A stretch of DNA of 47,081 nucleotides from a virus. Below are positions 8,232 through 18,375 of this stretch, piece by piece (the first letter of the stretch is position 1; each line of letters begins with the position of its first letter). The notes under the pieces were generated by a model, which did not search any database, had not been told where the DNA came from, and worked only from the letters and a program-made list of their open reading frames with translations. The stretch lies in IMG/VR virus record IMGVR_UViG_3300016667_000284, positions 1 through 47,081 of that record. One strand, given 5' to 3'. Made by a program: the position numbers and the translations under genes.

Positions 8232-9649
8232 CAGTGCGCCTTTTCCGCTTCGTAGTGGATCACGATCTTTGACAGCTTCGCCGGGCCAGCGCGCTCGTTG
8301 ACGAACCGCAGCTTGATCATCGGGCTCGTGCCTACGAAGTCTATATCAAGGCCGGACATAGTGGCGCTGGTGCCATCCTTGATCGTCGCGATCTGTGTCC
8401 ACACCGTCGGGCGGTCAGGGTCGGTATTGATGTATACCTTCCATTCACCTTCACTCACCATGTCGAAGCCTGTGAAGCGCTTCCATGTGCCGATGGTGTT
8501 GCCGTCGATGTATGGCAGCTCAACCTCTACCGGGGAGGCGTCGTACGTTTCACCGTCGTCACCGCCATAGAGGTAGATTGTGTCTCCCGAGCGCGCCCAC
8601 AACTTTCCATCCATGGGCACCCAATCGGTGATCTGGAAGCCGGGGTCATAGCGCGACCAAGACGAGATCTTCGAGGCCGGGAAGTAGCTGAAGGCGTAGG
8701 CGCGGGTTCCGATCTGGCAGATATACCGGCCGTCGACAGGCTCCATGACTGCACACGAAGCCTGCTTCGTGGCATCCGGTAGCGCGCGCAGGTACTCGAT
8801 GATCTCCGGGTCGATCGGAGTCCCGAGGTCGGATACGCCCGCTTGGTTGGATGCGTCACGCACCTTGAGAGACCGGACTCCGGTATCCGACAGGAAGATC
8901 ACGTCGATGTCGCCGAAGTTCACGATCGTCTTGTTGGCGAACGTGCCAATGTTCGGGATCACCTGCCGCTGCGCGTTCTGGAGCGGATCTGGGTCGACGT
9001 AATAGATCTGCGTGTTGCGGCGCGCGAATACCGCGACGTACCCCTGATACCGCCCGAGCCCGACCAGCGCTTCACTGCCGGCGCTCTCGTTCGACATGTT
9101 GATGAAGCCGTAGCCAGTCCCGGAACCCCACTTGGTCGGGTCAGCGATGGCAGAAAAATTGAACAGGCTATCCGAGATGGCGTATACCTTGCTTTTGACC
9201 GTCAGGAGGGCCGTGGCCTTCTTGCCCTGCGTATTTGTAACGCCGGATGCTGGATCCCAATCCGTCACGCGCACGCCGTCATAGAAGCAATAGTTGCTCC
9301 CGTTGGCGAAGATCGCAGACGCGAACACCTTGCCGTCGAAGAACTCAACGTCGTTGATGCCGGCCATCACCTCGCCGCTGGGGTGCGCAAGTACCTGGTT
9401 CGTCACACCCAAGGGCACGGCAGCAGCGGACGATGAAAAAACGTATAGCACCCCGGCTGCACCAGCCAAGCCGAACGTCTCTCCAGCCGGCAGGGAGTAC
9501 TTCGGCACGAAGGCCATGCGCTTCTCGATCTCCCCGCCGCGCGTGATGTGCGCGTTGGTCAGAACCTGGAGCGACCCCGGCGGCGAGGCGGCCGACAGCT
9601 TGCGGCGGTCAAGGCCACTCTTGAAGTCCTCGATGACGACGTAGGGCAT
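8231..9649 (-). CDS. tail tubular / nozzle protein candidate
   Basis: 472 aa, beta-rich. Assigned from its position in the T7-like gene order. Confidence 0.45.
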   Translation of the reverse strand: MPYVVIEDFKSGLDRRKLSAASPPGSLQVLTNAHITRGGEIEKRMAFVPKYSLPAGETFGLAGAAGVLYVFSSSAAAVPLGVTNQVLAHPSGEVMAGINDVEFFDGKVFASAIFANGSNYCFYDGVRVTDWDPASGVTNTQGKKATALLTVKSKVYAISDSLFNFSAIADPTKWGSGTGYGFINMSNESAGSEALVGLGRYQGYVAVFARRNTQIYYVDPDPLQNAQRQVIPNIGTFANKTIVNFGDIDVIFLSDTGVRSLKVRDASNQAGVSDLGTPIDPEIIEYLRALPDATKQASCAVMEPVDGRYICQIGTRAYAFSYFPASKISSWSRYDPGFQITDWVPMDGKLWARSGDTIYLYGGDDGETYDASPVEVELPYIDGNTIGTWKRFTGFDMVSEGEWKVYINTDPDRPTVWTQIATIKDGTSATMSGLDIDFVGTSPMIKLRFVNERAGPAKLSKIVIHYEAEKAH

Positions 9650-10137
9650 TAGCGCGCTCCAATTGAGCGGGCGATCGCCTCCCGCAAGCTGCTCGGATTG
9701 GGAGTGTACTTACCTTCCTCAGAAGCCGTCGCAAAGACGGGAAGGCCCTGCGATATCCGCTGTTCCGCGAACTTTTGCGCGATACCCTGAATGGCGCGCA
9801 TCATGTCAGGGTTCTGCTGGTAGAAGCGATCCTCTGGTGTGCTCAGGAGGTAATCTAGCTGCTGCTGATTGAGGCCGGGGACCATGGATGGTACGTGATA
9901 ATGCTTCCCTCCGATCTCCACGCCGATAGAGAGTTCACTGCTTTTTTCAGATGGATTGTCCTTGCGCGGAAGCAACCCGTAATACCCGTTTCCCTTATAG
10001 GGCAAGTCGTTCGGAGGGACAGTCCCAGCCCAAGGATCGGTGTCTGGAACCTGCTGCGTTCCGTACCTGAAGCCATACCCGCGGTCAGGGTACGGGCGCG
10101 TCGGATCGGGGAGCATCGAGGGTGGTTGGCTGGCCAT
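9649..10137 (-). CDS. virion-associated hypothetical protein
   Basis: 162 aa, start/stop coupled to its neighbours. Confidence 0.45.
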   Translation of the reverse strand: MASQPPSMLPDPTRPYPDRGYGFRYGTQQVPDTDPWAGTVPPNDLPYKGNGYYGLLPRKDNPSEKSSELSIGVEIGGKHYHVPSMVPGLNQQQLDYLLSTPEDRFYQQNPDMMRAIQGIAQKFAEQRISQGLPVFATASEEGKYTPNPSSLREAIARSIGAR

Positions 10138-10850
10138 CAGGGGTTCCGAACGTAGGCGACGAGCGGCGAGCGGGTGGCGAAGCGCGGATCAGGCTTGCGC
10201 TGGTCGTTCATGTTGAAGCTGTTGGCCTTGGTCTGGATGCTCCGGCCCTTGATCACACGAAAGCGCTCGACTGCCTTCTGCTGCTTGACCTGCGCCTCGG
10301 GAGAGCCCTTGCGCGCCAGGTACTCCGACGCGGCGAACAGGGACACCATCATGTCGTCGAGATCGCAGCGGTCAGCATCCGCCACCAGATCGGTCTTCTT
10401 CTTGATCCCGGTGATGCGGATCTTGTTGCCGTCGGACACAGGGATCGGCCACAGCTCGATCTGCGGGCCGACACCCGTGTACTTGATGTCCCACCGGAAC
10501 GTCGGATCGACGCGGACATCCAGATCCGAGTTGTAGGTGTTGTAATGCTCGGGGTAGACGCCGCGATCAAGCGGATACCAGCGGTTGCCCCAATAGAAGT
10601 CGACGCGCTCGATACGGTCGAGGTCGAAGTCGGCGGGCACGTCGTAGTAACGCTCCCCGGCCTGCGTCAGCAGGTCCGAGTGCATCCGCAGGAACGGCCA
10701 GTCGAACTCTTCATAGAGCCGGTCGTACTCACGCTTGATCAACTGCACGAGCATCGGCCGCACGTTGAGCGACAGGGCCGGATCGGGATCCAGCCCTGCC
10801 TCAAGGCGCGTCATGTCCAGGATCTGCCCCAGGGTATTGTAACGCGCCAT
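10137..10850 (-). CDS. head-tail adaptor / tail tubular A-like candidate
   Basis: Internal ATG at 10850 (MARYNTLGQILDM...), 237 aa. Function assigned from position only. Confidence 0.4.
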   Translation of the reverse strand: MARYNTLGQILDMTRLEAGLDPDPALSLNVRPMLVQLIKREYDRLYEEFDWPFLRMHSDLLTQAGERYYDVPADFDLDRIERVDFYWGNRWYPLDRGVYPEHYNTYNSDLDVRVDPTFRWDIKYTGVGPQIELWPIPVSDGNKIRITGIKKKTDLVADADRCDLDDMMVSLFAASEYLARKGSPEAQVKQQKAVERFRVIKGRSIQTKANSFNMNDQRKPDPRFATRSPLVAYVRNP

Positions 10851-10857
10851 GTCGCCC

Positions 10858-11100
10858 TCACTCTTCCGGCTGGTCGTCGATCGGCTGCTCCACCAGATCG
10901 GGGTATGCTTCCGCAAACGCTTCGGGCGGGTAGACCGTGATCTCGTCGCCGTCGGAGACGACGATGCTGCCCGGCTCGACGCGCTTCACGCCATCGCCGT
11001 CCTCGATCTCGTGGTAGACGCGCGCGCGATAGCGCTGCGGTCCTTCGGCTTCAGGCACTTCGGCGGCCTGCGCCGCTGCCTCAGTCTTCTTCCGCGTCAT
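10858..11100 (-). CDS. hypothetical acidic protein (80 aa)
   Basis: ATG 11100 (MTRKKTEAAA...) within track ORF 10858..11136. Confidence 0.4.
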   Translation of the reverse strand: MTRKKTEAAAQAAEVPEAEGPQRYRARVYHEIEDGDGVKRVEPGSIVVSDGDEITVYPPEAFAEAYPDLVEQPIDDQPEE

Positions 11101-11458
11101 CTTCGGCCTCCGGTTCGGGCTGCGCTTCTTCCTCACGCAGCGGGTTCATAAGGTGCGCCATGCCGATGTCCTTCAGCGTGACGGGGAGCTTGGGCATCGC
11201 ACCGGGGAATAGCTGCGCGAGCAGGGCGCCATTCCCGGCGTCCATCAGGCCGTCCGGGGCGCGGCCGTAGGACGCCTGAAGGCGGTCCCACTCCTGCGCG
11301 TTCGGGCGCTTGTCCATCTTCTTCGGCTTGATGTTGGCAACTGCGCTGTCGCCGTGAATGGCGCGCAGGACGATGATCTCGGCGGGCGTCACATCCGTCT
11401 TGAGGACGGTATGCCCGGCGCTGTCTCCGAGGCGAACCTCGCAATCACAAAGCTGCAT
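11081..11458 (-). CDS. hypothetical protein with acidic tail
   Basis: 125 aa, ATG start, follows the capsid genes. Confidence 0.45.
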   Translation of the reverse strand: MQLCDCEVRLGDSAGHTVLKTDVTPAEIIVLRAIHGDSAVANIKPKKMDKRPNAQEWDRLQASYGRAPDGLMDAGNGALLAQLFPGAMPKLPVTLKDIGMAHLMNPLREEEAQPEPEAEDDAEED

Positions 11459-11487
11459 GTCTGGCTCCTATGCAGTGGTGGGGAATA

Positions 11488-11509
11488 GGGGCGGCCGGAG
11501 CCGCCCCTA
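11488..11509 (-). terminator. GC hairpin after the capsid/decoration genes (possible partial terminator)
   Basis: AGGGGCGGC-cgga-GCCGCCCCT, 9-bp stem, followed by only a weak U tract (UAUUCCCC) on the minus strand. Confidence 0.35.
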
Positions 11510-11521
11510 CAGGCTTCACGG

Positions 11522-12469
11522 TCAGTACTGCGGCTGGCCGTAGAAGTTGGGCTCGGGCAGGGCGACGAGCAGCGCGTAGCTGCGCGATCCGTCCGGGGCC
11601 GAGTTCGGTGTGTAAGTGCCGCGCACGTCGGCCGAGGTCGCCGTTGCAGGGACAGTGATGCCCGCGCCAGCGACGATGGTGCCCGAGGTGGCGGTGGCGC
11701 CGTCCTGCGTTTCACGGAGGATCCACGTCGCGTTCGGCAGGTACACCGGCAGGCCGATGATCGTGCCGTCGCCGACCGACAGGGTGCCGGCCATGGTGGC
11801 CGACACCGACACGGCAGTCACGGCGTAGAACGCCTTCTTGCCCTGGACGGTGGTGGTGCCATTGCAGGTGATCGCCTCGCGCATGGTGTTGCCATACATG
11901 TCGGTGCCGGTGACGGTCACGACCTGCGTAGTATCGCCAGCGTTCGACGAGACGACGTTCACGTTGCGCCCGGTGGGAGCACCGAGCAGCACAGTGCCGG
12001 TGGCGCTGCTGTACTTTGCACCGCCAGTGATGACGGCAGCGACGTTGGTGCCCGAGATCGCCTGCGCCGCGCAGACCGCGGTTGCCGAAGCGGTGGTCGG
12101 GGTGCCGAGGTTGACGAGGCAGTCGAAGACCGGCGTGACAAAGGTGTCGAGGCCGGGGCGGATGTACGTGTCGACCGCGTTCCGCGGCGTCGTCACCGAG
12201 TTGGCCGCGCCAGCGCGGTCCAGTTCGACGGTGTACCGCGTCCCGGCCGGGATCGTGGTCGTACCGTTGTAGGTGATGGTCGCCGTGGTGTTGCCGAGCG
12301 AGACGGTGATATTCTCGGGGCACGAGAACACCTTGCCCAGCACGGACAGGCGGTGACGGGCACCAATGACGAAATCGCCACGGGTGTACCCGGTGGGATA
12401 GGACACGACGATCGTGCCGCTGGTGGCAACGGCCGCCGAAGTGTACCCGGTGATGGTCACAACGCTCAT
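11522..12469 (-). CDS. capsid decoration-like / surface protein (Thr/Gly/Val-rich, beta)
   Basis: 315 aa, immediately downstream of the major capsid gene. Confidence 0.45.
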   Translation of the reverse strand: MSVVTITGYTSAAVATSGTIVVSYPTGYTRGDFVIGARHRLSVLGKVFSCPENITVSLGNTTATITYNGTTTIPAGTRYTVELDRAGAANSVTTPRNAVDTYIRPGLDTFVTPVFDCLVNLGTPTTASATAVCAAQAISGTNVAAVITGGAKYSSATGTVLLGAPTGRNVNVVSSNAGDTTQVVTVTGTDMYGNTMREAITCNGTTTVQGKKAFYAVTAVSVSATMAGTLSVGDGTIIGLPVYLPNATWILRETQDGATATSGTIVAGAGITVPATATSADVRGTYTPNSAPDGSRSYALLVALPEPNFYGQPQY

Positions 12470-12492
12470 TTCAGTTCTCCTTCGTCCGAGCG

Positions 12493-13563
12493 TCAGGCGG
12501 CTTCGTAGACGCCGTGGCAGTTGAGCTGGTCGGCGACGAGGCCACCCGTCCAGGTCAGACCGCGGTACAGGACGTACTTTTCGGGCGGGCGGGCCGGGGC
12601 GTGCTGCTTCCAGTCTTCGCCGTCCATGGCGTCCAGATAGACGTGGTTCGGGTCGAGGAAGTAGCAGAAGTTGCTGTAGCCGAGATCGTCGAGGGTCGGG
12701 TCATAGACGAACGAGCCAACGCCTCGCATCGAGATCTGCGCCATGCCGATGTCGGTCTTGCCGGTGTTGGCGAAGCCCTCCATCGTGTAAGTGCCCTTCT
12801 CGTGGATCTCCGCTTCGAGCTTCTCGATGAAACCCGAACCGGCCAGAAGCAGCGACGGCTTACCGCCGTAGCGGCGGAGCTGACGGACTTCGGTGCGCAG
12901 CTTCTTCGTCAGCGTCTGGTTGGTCGGCGACGAAGTGATCTTCGGGCCGGTGTTGCCGGTCGAAGACAGCGAGCCGACGAACGCACGGTTGCGCCACCAG
13001 GTGTTGCCGGCGCGGTCGATGCCTCCGGTGAAGCCCGAGTTCGGGGCCAGCGAGACGATCGACTGGATGCCACCGAAGACCTTCGACGACTGCGTGCCAT
13101 CGCGCCAGAGGATTTCGTTGAACGAACGGGCCGAGCCTTCGGCCATGTCGTCCAGCTTGTCTTCCAGCAGGTTGGTAATCGCGGTCATCTCGCGATCGGT
13201 GTGCTGCGAGGTGTTCTCGCCGTTGAGGCTGTCGACCACCGAAATGCCGTCGGCCTTCAGTTCGGTCAGCGTCATGGCGATACCGGCGTGCAGTTCCTTC
13301 CAGGGGAAGTTGACCTGCTTCAGGTTGGCCGGGTTCACGTAGGACACGGTGTCGTCGTGGCTGTAGCCCTGGAACGCCGTGCTGTATTCGCCCTTGACGT
13401 TGCGGCGAATGTCGCTCTTGCCGCCGGGGAAAGTCTTCTGCGACTTCTTCATGGCGTCATAGAGCGGACGGGCCTGGATGGACTGCGCCATCGCCGGGCC
13501 CTTGATGTAGTAATCGAGCGCTGCGCTCGCGATGTTGTCGAGTTCCTGTGCGGTAAACGGCAT
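12493..13563 (-). CDS. major capsid protein
   Basis: 356 aa, strong AGGAGG RBS, follows the scaffold, codon-biased ORF. Confidence 0.75.
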   Translation of the reverse strand: MPFTAQELDNIASAALDYYIKGPAMAQSIQARPLYDAMKKSQKTFPGGKSDIRRNVKGEYSTAFQGYSHDDTVSYVNPANLKQVNFPWKELHAGIAMTLTELKADGISVVDSLNGENTSQHTDREMTAITNLLEDKLDDMAEGSARSFNEILWRDGTQSSKVFGGIQSIVSLAPNSGFTGGIDRAGNTWWRNRAFVGSLSSTGNTGPKITSSPTNQTLTKKLRTEVRQLRRYGGKPSLLLAGSGFIEKLEAEIHEKGTYTMEGFANTGKTDIGMAQISMRGVGSFVYDPTLDDLGYSNFCYFLDPNHVYLDAMDGEDWKQHAPARPPEKYVLYRGLTWTGGLVADQLNCHGVYEAA

Positions 13564-13579
13564 GGAAGCCTCCTGCTAC

Positions 13580-14605
13580 CTATCGATTGACTGCTGCCGC
13601 GATGGCCGCCCGAAGTGACTGGGGTGCCGTCGTGACGCGCGCGGACTGTCCGGCGGGTGTCGGGGCGATGGGCCGCGGCTTCGGGACGAACTGCTTCAGC
13701 GTTTCGTTCACGTTCCGGTAGGCTTCATCGACAAGAGCGAGCGCTTCTTCCTCCGATGCGGGGCGGGCCCCGCGCCTCTGGATCAGCGCCAGCACCTGCG
13801 TTTCCACGAGTGCCGCCTTCTTGGTGGCGTAGTCAGGATCCTTGCCTTTGATGCCGTCCTCCCACTGCTTGACAGCAGTGGCCAGCCGAACCGCCTGGAC
13901 GCGCTGGGCCTCTTCGGCCCTCGCTTGCTCGGCGCGCTGCTCGTCCTGTGTGCGCAGGTTCTGGAGATTGCGGGCGTTCGCCCGCTCCCTTGCCAGTTCC
14001 TTGGCCACTTCCTCGTCGACCAACCCCTGATCGACCTTCTGCTTGAGGTCGTCGGGAAGCTGGTTGCCAAGGACTTCATCGAGCCCGGCCAGTCGTTCCG
14101 CGAACCATTGCCGCGCCTGGGAGAGGTTGCCGAGGTCGCCGCTCTTGAGCAGGGCCATGATCTCGAAGCCTTGCGCAACTTCCTCCCCCGTGAGGTTGGA
14201 CTGCTGCATGAAGTTCGTGATCGCGCGGTACTGGTCCGCGTCCTGCTTGTAAGCGTCGCGCTCCTGCTTCATCTCCTGCCAGCGGGGATGCTTGTGGAAC
14301 GGGACATCATCATCGGCTTTTTCGGCGTCGACCGGAGTATCCGATCCATCACCCGTTTCCGGGTCAGCCTCATCCGACTTTGCCTCGGGAGTGGACGACT
14401 CTTCCGTAACCTGCGGCTTCTCGACGGCCTTGCGAATGATGCTGTCGAGAGAGGGCTGGTCTTCCTGTTTAGCGTCCGTTGCGTCCGCGCTGGACGATTG
14501 CGCGGGGTTAGCGTCCTGAGACGCCCCGTCCGTCACCGCCGAAGCAGTCTGGTCGAGGACTTCATTTTCCGAAGCGGGCGAGGCTTCGGTGCCGTTGATG
14601 GACAT
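13580..14605 (-). CDS. scaffolding protein
   Basis: 341 aa with an acidic low-complexity N-terminus and a charged helical C-terminal half. Lies between portal and capsid. Confidence 0.6.
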   Translation of the reverse strand: MSINGTEASPASENEVLDQTASAVTDGASQDANPAQSSSADATDAKQEDQPSLDSIIRKAVEKPQVTEESSTPEAKSDEADPETGDGSDTPVDAEKADDDVPFHKHPRWQEMKQERDAYKQDADQYRAITNFMQQSNLTGEEVAQGFEIMALLKSGDLGNLSQARQWFAERLAGLDEVLGNQLPDDLKQKVDQGLVDEEVAKELARERANARNLQNLRTQDEQRAEQARAEEAQRVQAVRLATAVKQWEDGIKGKDPDYATKKAALVETQVLALIQRRGARPASEEEALALVDEAYRNVNETLKQFVPKPRPIAPTPAGQSARVTTAPQSLRAAIAAAVNR

Positions 14606-14662
14606 CGTTTAGCGCCTTTCTGATCTCTGTTTACGGTTGTTGGGCTCCAAAATCAACATTCT

Positions 14663-16753
14663 CTACATCTGATTGGGTTGCGCTCCCTGATTGAAACTCG
14701 GCTGCGCGGTGCCACCCGGCTCCTGCGCCCGCGTCTTGTCGCCGCCTTCGGCGCCCTGGTTCCCCGGCTCGGTCGCCGGATCGCCCGTCGGAACCTGCGC
14801 CATGCGGTTCTGCGCCATGATCGAGGGAATGCCCTCCAGCCATGCGTCTTCAAGGTCGGTGTCGTCATCTGCGATCTTGATCGCACGCTCCGCGAGCCAG
14901 CGCGGCGAGATGCCGGGGATCTGCACGAGCAGCGGGTACATGCGCTCGAAGGTGGCCGCATCCTGTGCCTGGTTCGGGCGGCCGGCGGAGCCAGCTTTGA
15001 TCTCCAGGCTGATCTCCTGCATGATCTCCATGCGCGACAGCTCGGGCCACACAGCGCCAGGACCGGCGATCTGCATCACCGTCTCCGCCGACATGTTCAT
15101 CAGCAGAACCTGCCCGGCCGAACGCATGACCGCCGACAGCATGTCGTCAAGGTCGTCGCTGTCGAGGCCGACAGCGCCTTGCAGCGACTGCGCCGCGATG
15201 CTGCTCTCGGTCGCCGTGCCGCCAGCCGTGCCGCCGATCATCGACTGTTGCACGCCAACCACGCGCACCGCGTCGTTGAACAGCCCTTCCGTCTCATAGA
15301 GGTTCGGGTCGACGCCGATCTTCTGGACGGGCGAGAGGATGTCGCTCGACTTCATGCCGTCGCGCAGCGCGTTGAGGATGATCACGTCGTGCGCGCCGTG
15401 CCCAGCGAGCGACTTCTGCTCTTCCTCGTCCAGCGCGCCCTGCGGCGCGACGTAGAGCGGGCGGTTGGCAATGCGGTGCTGGCGCAGCGCTTCCTTTGCC
15501 CGGTTGTACTCCTTCTGGATGTGCTTCAGGAGTTCCACGTCCGACTTGGGGAACAGCTCGCCTTCGTTTTCCACGTCGTTGAACGTGATCGCCCACACCG
15601 GGAAAAACTGCTCAACCACGACTTCAGGAGCCGCAGGCTCGCGCAGGAAGTCGGGATAGCCGTCGCACACCACGTATTCGAGGCCGGTGGCGCGGTCCCA
15701 TATATGCCAGACGCAGGCAAGGCCCTTGCCGTCGGCTTTGTAGCGCGCGCGGGTTCCGCCCCACGGCTGGCCGGCCTGCTGCTTGTAGCTGGAATAGTTC
15801 TTGCCCACGTCGATGCCGTAGACCTGCTTGATCGCGTCAGGCGACAGGATCACCTCCTTGGCGATCCACGGCGCTCCGATCCAGCCGACCAGCTTCTCCG
15901 CCTCCGGCGCCGGAATAATGCGCGTCGAGTGCGGGAACTGCCACACCAGCCCCTCGCGCACGATCATCTCGGGCTCGTTCTGCATGGCCTGTATGGCAAG
16001 GCGCAGTTCTTCCGCCTCTGCGGCGTTCGGGTCCGTCTCACCGTCCTGAAGGTCGGCCTGAAGCTGGCCGATCTTCGCCAACCGTTCGGTCATGTCCGAG
16101 ATCTTGGTCGACTGGTCGTCCGACAGGTCCATGATCCGCTGGAAGCCGAGTTCGATGTAGCCGACGCCCGTGGTCCGCGCGCGGCGGATCATGTGCTTCA
16201 TCTGCGTCTTGAAGTCTGGAACCTGCTCGGCCATGAAATACTCGATCAGGGTGACGAGGGTTTCGCCAACCTTGTCGATCATCTTCAGCCGCTCGGCGTT
16301 CTGCTGCACGTCCTGAAGCAGCAACATCACCTCAGGCGCGGGGGGAATGCCGGTCATCTGCGCCTGCTGCATGGCCATCATGGCCATCTGGAGGCTGTCG
16401 GGCTTGCCGTCCCAGACCTGAAAGTTCATGCGGTTGCGGCGGCGCGCGATGACCTTCGGGTTCTTCGCGTAGAGCGAGGACACTTCCTGCTTGATGATGC
16501 GCTGGACGAAGTTAGCGACGTAGCGCTCGTCATCGTCTCCCTGTCCCGGCCACTGCTTGCCGGACACGAAGTCCATATTCTTGCGCATCCGGTCGAAGTC
16601 GGTCTTCCAGTGCTTGCGCGCCTCTTCGACCGCCTTGGTCCACTTCGTGACCAGCGCCGCCCGGCTTTCGACGGGCTCCGGCTTGCCGCGCTGGAGCGTC
16701 TTCTGCACCACGCCACCGATGCCGCCGTCTTCGCCCTGCGTAACCTCGTCCAT
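14663..16753 (-). CDS. portal (head-tail connector) protein
   Basis: About 696 aa. ATG overlaps the TerL stop (GTGATG). Assigned from size and position. Confidence 0.75.
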   Translation of the reverse strand: MDEVTQGEDGGIGGVVQKTLQRGKPEPVESRAALVTKWTKAVEEARKHWKTDFDRMRKNMDFVSGKQWPGQGDDDERYVANFVQRIIKQEVSSLYAKNPKVIARRRNRMNFQVWDGKPDSLQMAMMAMQQAQMTGIPPAPEVMLLLQDVQQNAERLKMIDKVGETLVTLIEYFMAEQVPDFKTQMKHMIRRARTTGVGYIELGFQRIMDLSDDQSTKISDMTERLAKIGQLQADLQDGETDPNAAEAEELRLAIQAMQNEPEMIVREGLVWQFPHSTRIIPAPEAEKLVGWIGAPWIAKEVILSPDAIKQVYGIDVGKNYSSYKQQAGQPWGGTRARYKADGKGLACVWHIWDRATGLEYVVCDGYPDFLREPAAPEVVVEQFFPVWAITFNDVENEGELFPKSDVELLKHIQKEYNRAKEALRQHRIANRPLYVAPQGALDEEEQKSLAGHGAHDVIILNALRDGMKSSDILSPVQKIGVDPNLYETEGLFNDAVRVVGVQQSMIGGTAGGTATESSIAAQSLQGAVGLDSDDLDDMLSAVMRSAGQVLLMNMSAETVMQIAGPGAVWPELSRMEIMQEISLEIKAGSAGRPNQAQDAATFERMYPLLVQIPGISPRWLAERAIKIADDDTDLEDAWLEGIPSIMAQNRMAQVPTGDPATEPGNQGAEGGDKTRAQEPGGTAQPSFNQGAQPNQM

Positions 16754-18375
16754 CACATGCCCCTCATGTTGGCACTCAACCGCCGCTGGCGGTCACGGAA
16801 CCGCGCGTCATGCTTCACCCATGCCAGAGTTCCCGCCTTCGGGCCAGTCCGTTCCGGTGTCGGCGTAGGCGCAGCCCGCACAATCCTGTCGAGGCCGAGG
16901 CCGATGTGGGCAAGCGCGTCGACGAAATCGTCATGCCGCGCCTGCGGGAACTTCAGCAGTTCCTGCCGCGCGTCTTCGTACCACGGTTCGTAGCCGGGGA
17001 TGCGCACCATGCCCATGGCCATGCGGCCCTGGATCGACTGCGCGCGCGTCACCTTGTCTTTCGACGGAACCTGCTCCTGCACGTTCACGTAGACCTTCTC
17101 TTCGGCCATGCGCTTGTAGAGGAACGGGCCGATCGACTTGGAGATGTGGCCGCTTTCCGCCCACCAGACCAGCGGCTTCCACTTCTTCATCAGCGCGATC
17201 ATGGCGTCTACCACGGTGTCCGTCTTGGCGCGGCGCCACCAGACATCAAGGATCCAGATCATGTTGCGCTCGTCCACGCCGACGATCATCAGGCAGGTCT
17301 TGTCATGCTCCTGCTTGGTGCCGACCGCATGGTCACTCGCGGCGTAGATGCGCAGGCGCTCCGGCGCTGCCCCAGCCTTGTACGGCTGGATCATGTGCGC
17401 CTGAAAGAAGTCGCCGTCCTCAGGCGTCGGGCGCTGCTGGTAAAGCGCAGAGAAGCCCTTGGGGTTGGTCCGCTTGAAGGCATTCAGGTACTCGATACCG
17501 AAGCGCTCCGGCCACAGCGGCTCTCCCGGCTGGCGACCAAGGACATCGTTCTCTTCTGCGATCGCCGGGATGTTGATGATGTCCCATGCCTCCGCCTCTT
17601 CGGCGTCGTAGTGCGGATTTGTCGGATCGGTAATGCGGCCCACCAGGTCGTCTTCATGCCAGCGGGTCTGGATAACGATCATGGATCCGGTGTCGGACAT
17701 AAAGCGCGACTTGATGTCGTTCTGGAACCACTCCCACAGGGCGTTCCGCACCGTCTCCGAGCGCGCTTCCTCGCTGTTCTTGATCGGGTCGTCGATGATG
17801 ATCAGGTCCGCGCCGCGGCCGGTGATGGTGCCACCGCGACCGAGAAAAAACAGCGCCCCACCTTCTTCCGTCTCCAGCCTGTCGGACGCCTTGGAGCCCG
17901 TCTTGAGCTCGACATTGGGAAACACCTGGCGGTATGCCGGCGTCAGCATGATCCCACGCACGGCCTTGCCGAAGTCTTCGGCGAAGGTCTGGTTGTAGGT
18001 GCAGACCGCGACGTAGCGATACGGGTCGCGGCCGATGTACCACGCCGGGAAGCGCTTGGATGACAGCTCGGACTTGCCGTGGCGAGGCGGGAAGGTGATG
18101 ATCAGGCGGAGCCGGCGGCCTGCCTCAACATCTTCCAGCGCCTTGGCGAGCGCGCGGTGGAAGTACTGCGCCTGATACCGAGTGAGTTCCGCGTCGTCAG
18201 GATCTTCCTTGTCCGGCATCGTGAACTCGGTGAATCCGATCAGGCTGTCCCGCGCCTGGCGCGCCTTGAGCAGGCGCATGGCAGCACGGCGCTGTTGCAG
18301 CAGGGCCTGCTGCTCAGCCTCGATGCGCTGCCGCTCTGCCTCTTCCGGCGTCAGTGTGGACTTCTGGCGGCTCAT
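16753..18375 (-). CDS. terL: terminase large subunit
   Basis: Walker A-like FPPRHGKSE, Walker B ADLIIIDDP, C-terminal nuclease-like half. ATG 18375 (MSRQKSTL...) forms an ATGA overlap with the upstream ORF. Confidence 0.9.
   Translation of the reverse strand: MSRQKSTLTPEEAERQRIEAEQQALLQQRRAAMRLLKARQARDSLIGFTEFTMPDKEDPDDAELTRYQAQYFHRALAKALEDVEAGRRLRLIITFPPRHGKSELSSKRFPAWYIGRDPYRYVAVCTYNQTFAEDFGKAVRGIMLTPAYRQVFPNVELKTGSKASDRLETEEGGALFFLGRGGTITGRGADLIIIDDPIKNSEEARSETVRNALWEWFQNDIKSRFMSDTGSMIVIQTRWHEDDLVGRITDPTNPHYDAEEAEAWDIINIPAIAEENDVLGRQPGEPLWPERFGIEYLNAFKRTNPKGFSALYQQRPTPEDGDFFQAHMIQPYKAGAAPERLRIYAASDHAVGTKQEHDKTCLMIVGVDERNMIWILDVWWRRAKTDTVVDAMIALMKKWKPLVWWAESGHISKSIGPFLYKRMAEEKVYVNVQEQVPSKDKVTRAQSIQGRMAMGMVRIPGYEPWYEDARQELLKFPQARHDDFVDALAHIGLGLDRIVRAAPTPTPERTGPKAGTLAWVKHDARFRDRQRRLSANMRGM

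Noticed and set aside
14678-16993. Very long plus-strand ORFs antisense to structural genes. Examples are the 771-aa ORF 14678-16993, plus 1500-2216, 10122-10940, 12514-13590, 16810-18063 and 25076-26314.
   Set aside because: They are Arg/Ala/Gly/His-rich low-complexity translations lying opposite well-supported genes. They lack RBS or coupling signals. This is the typical antisense open-frame artefact of high-GC DNA.
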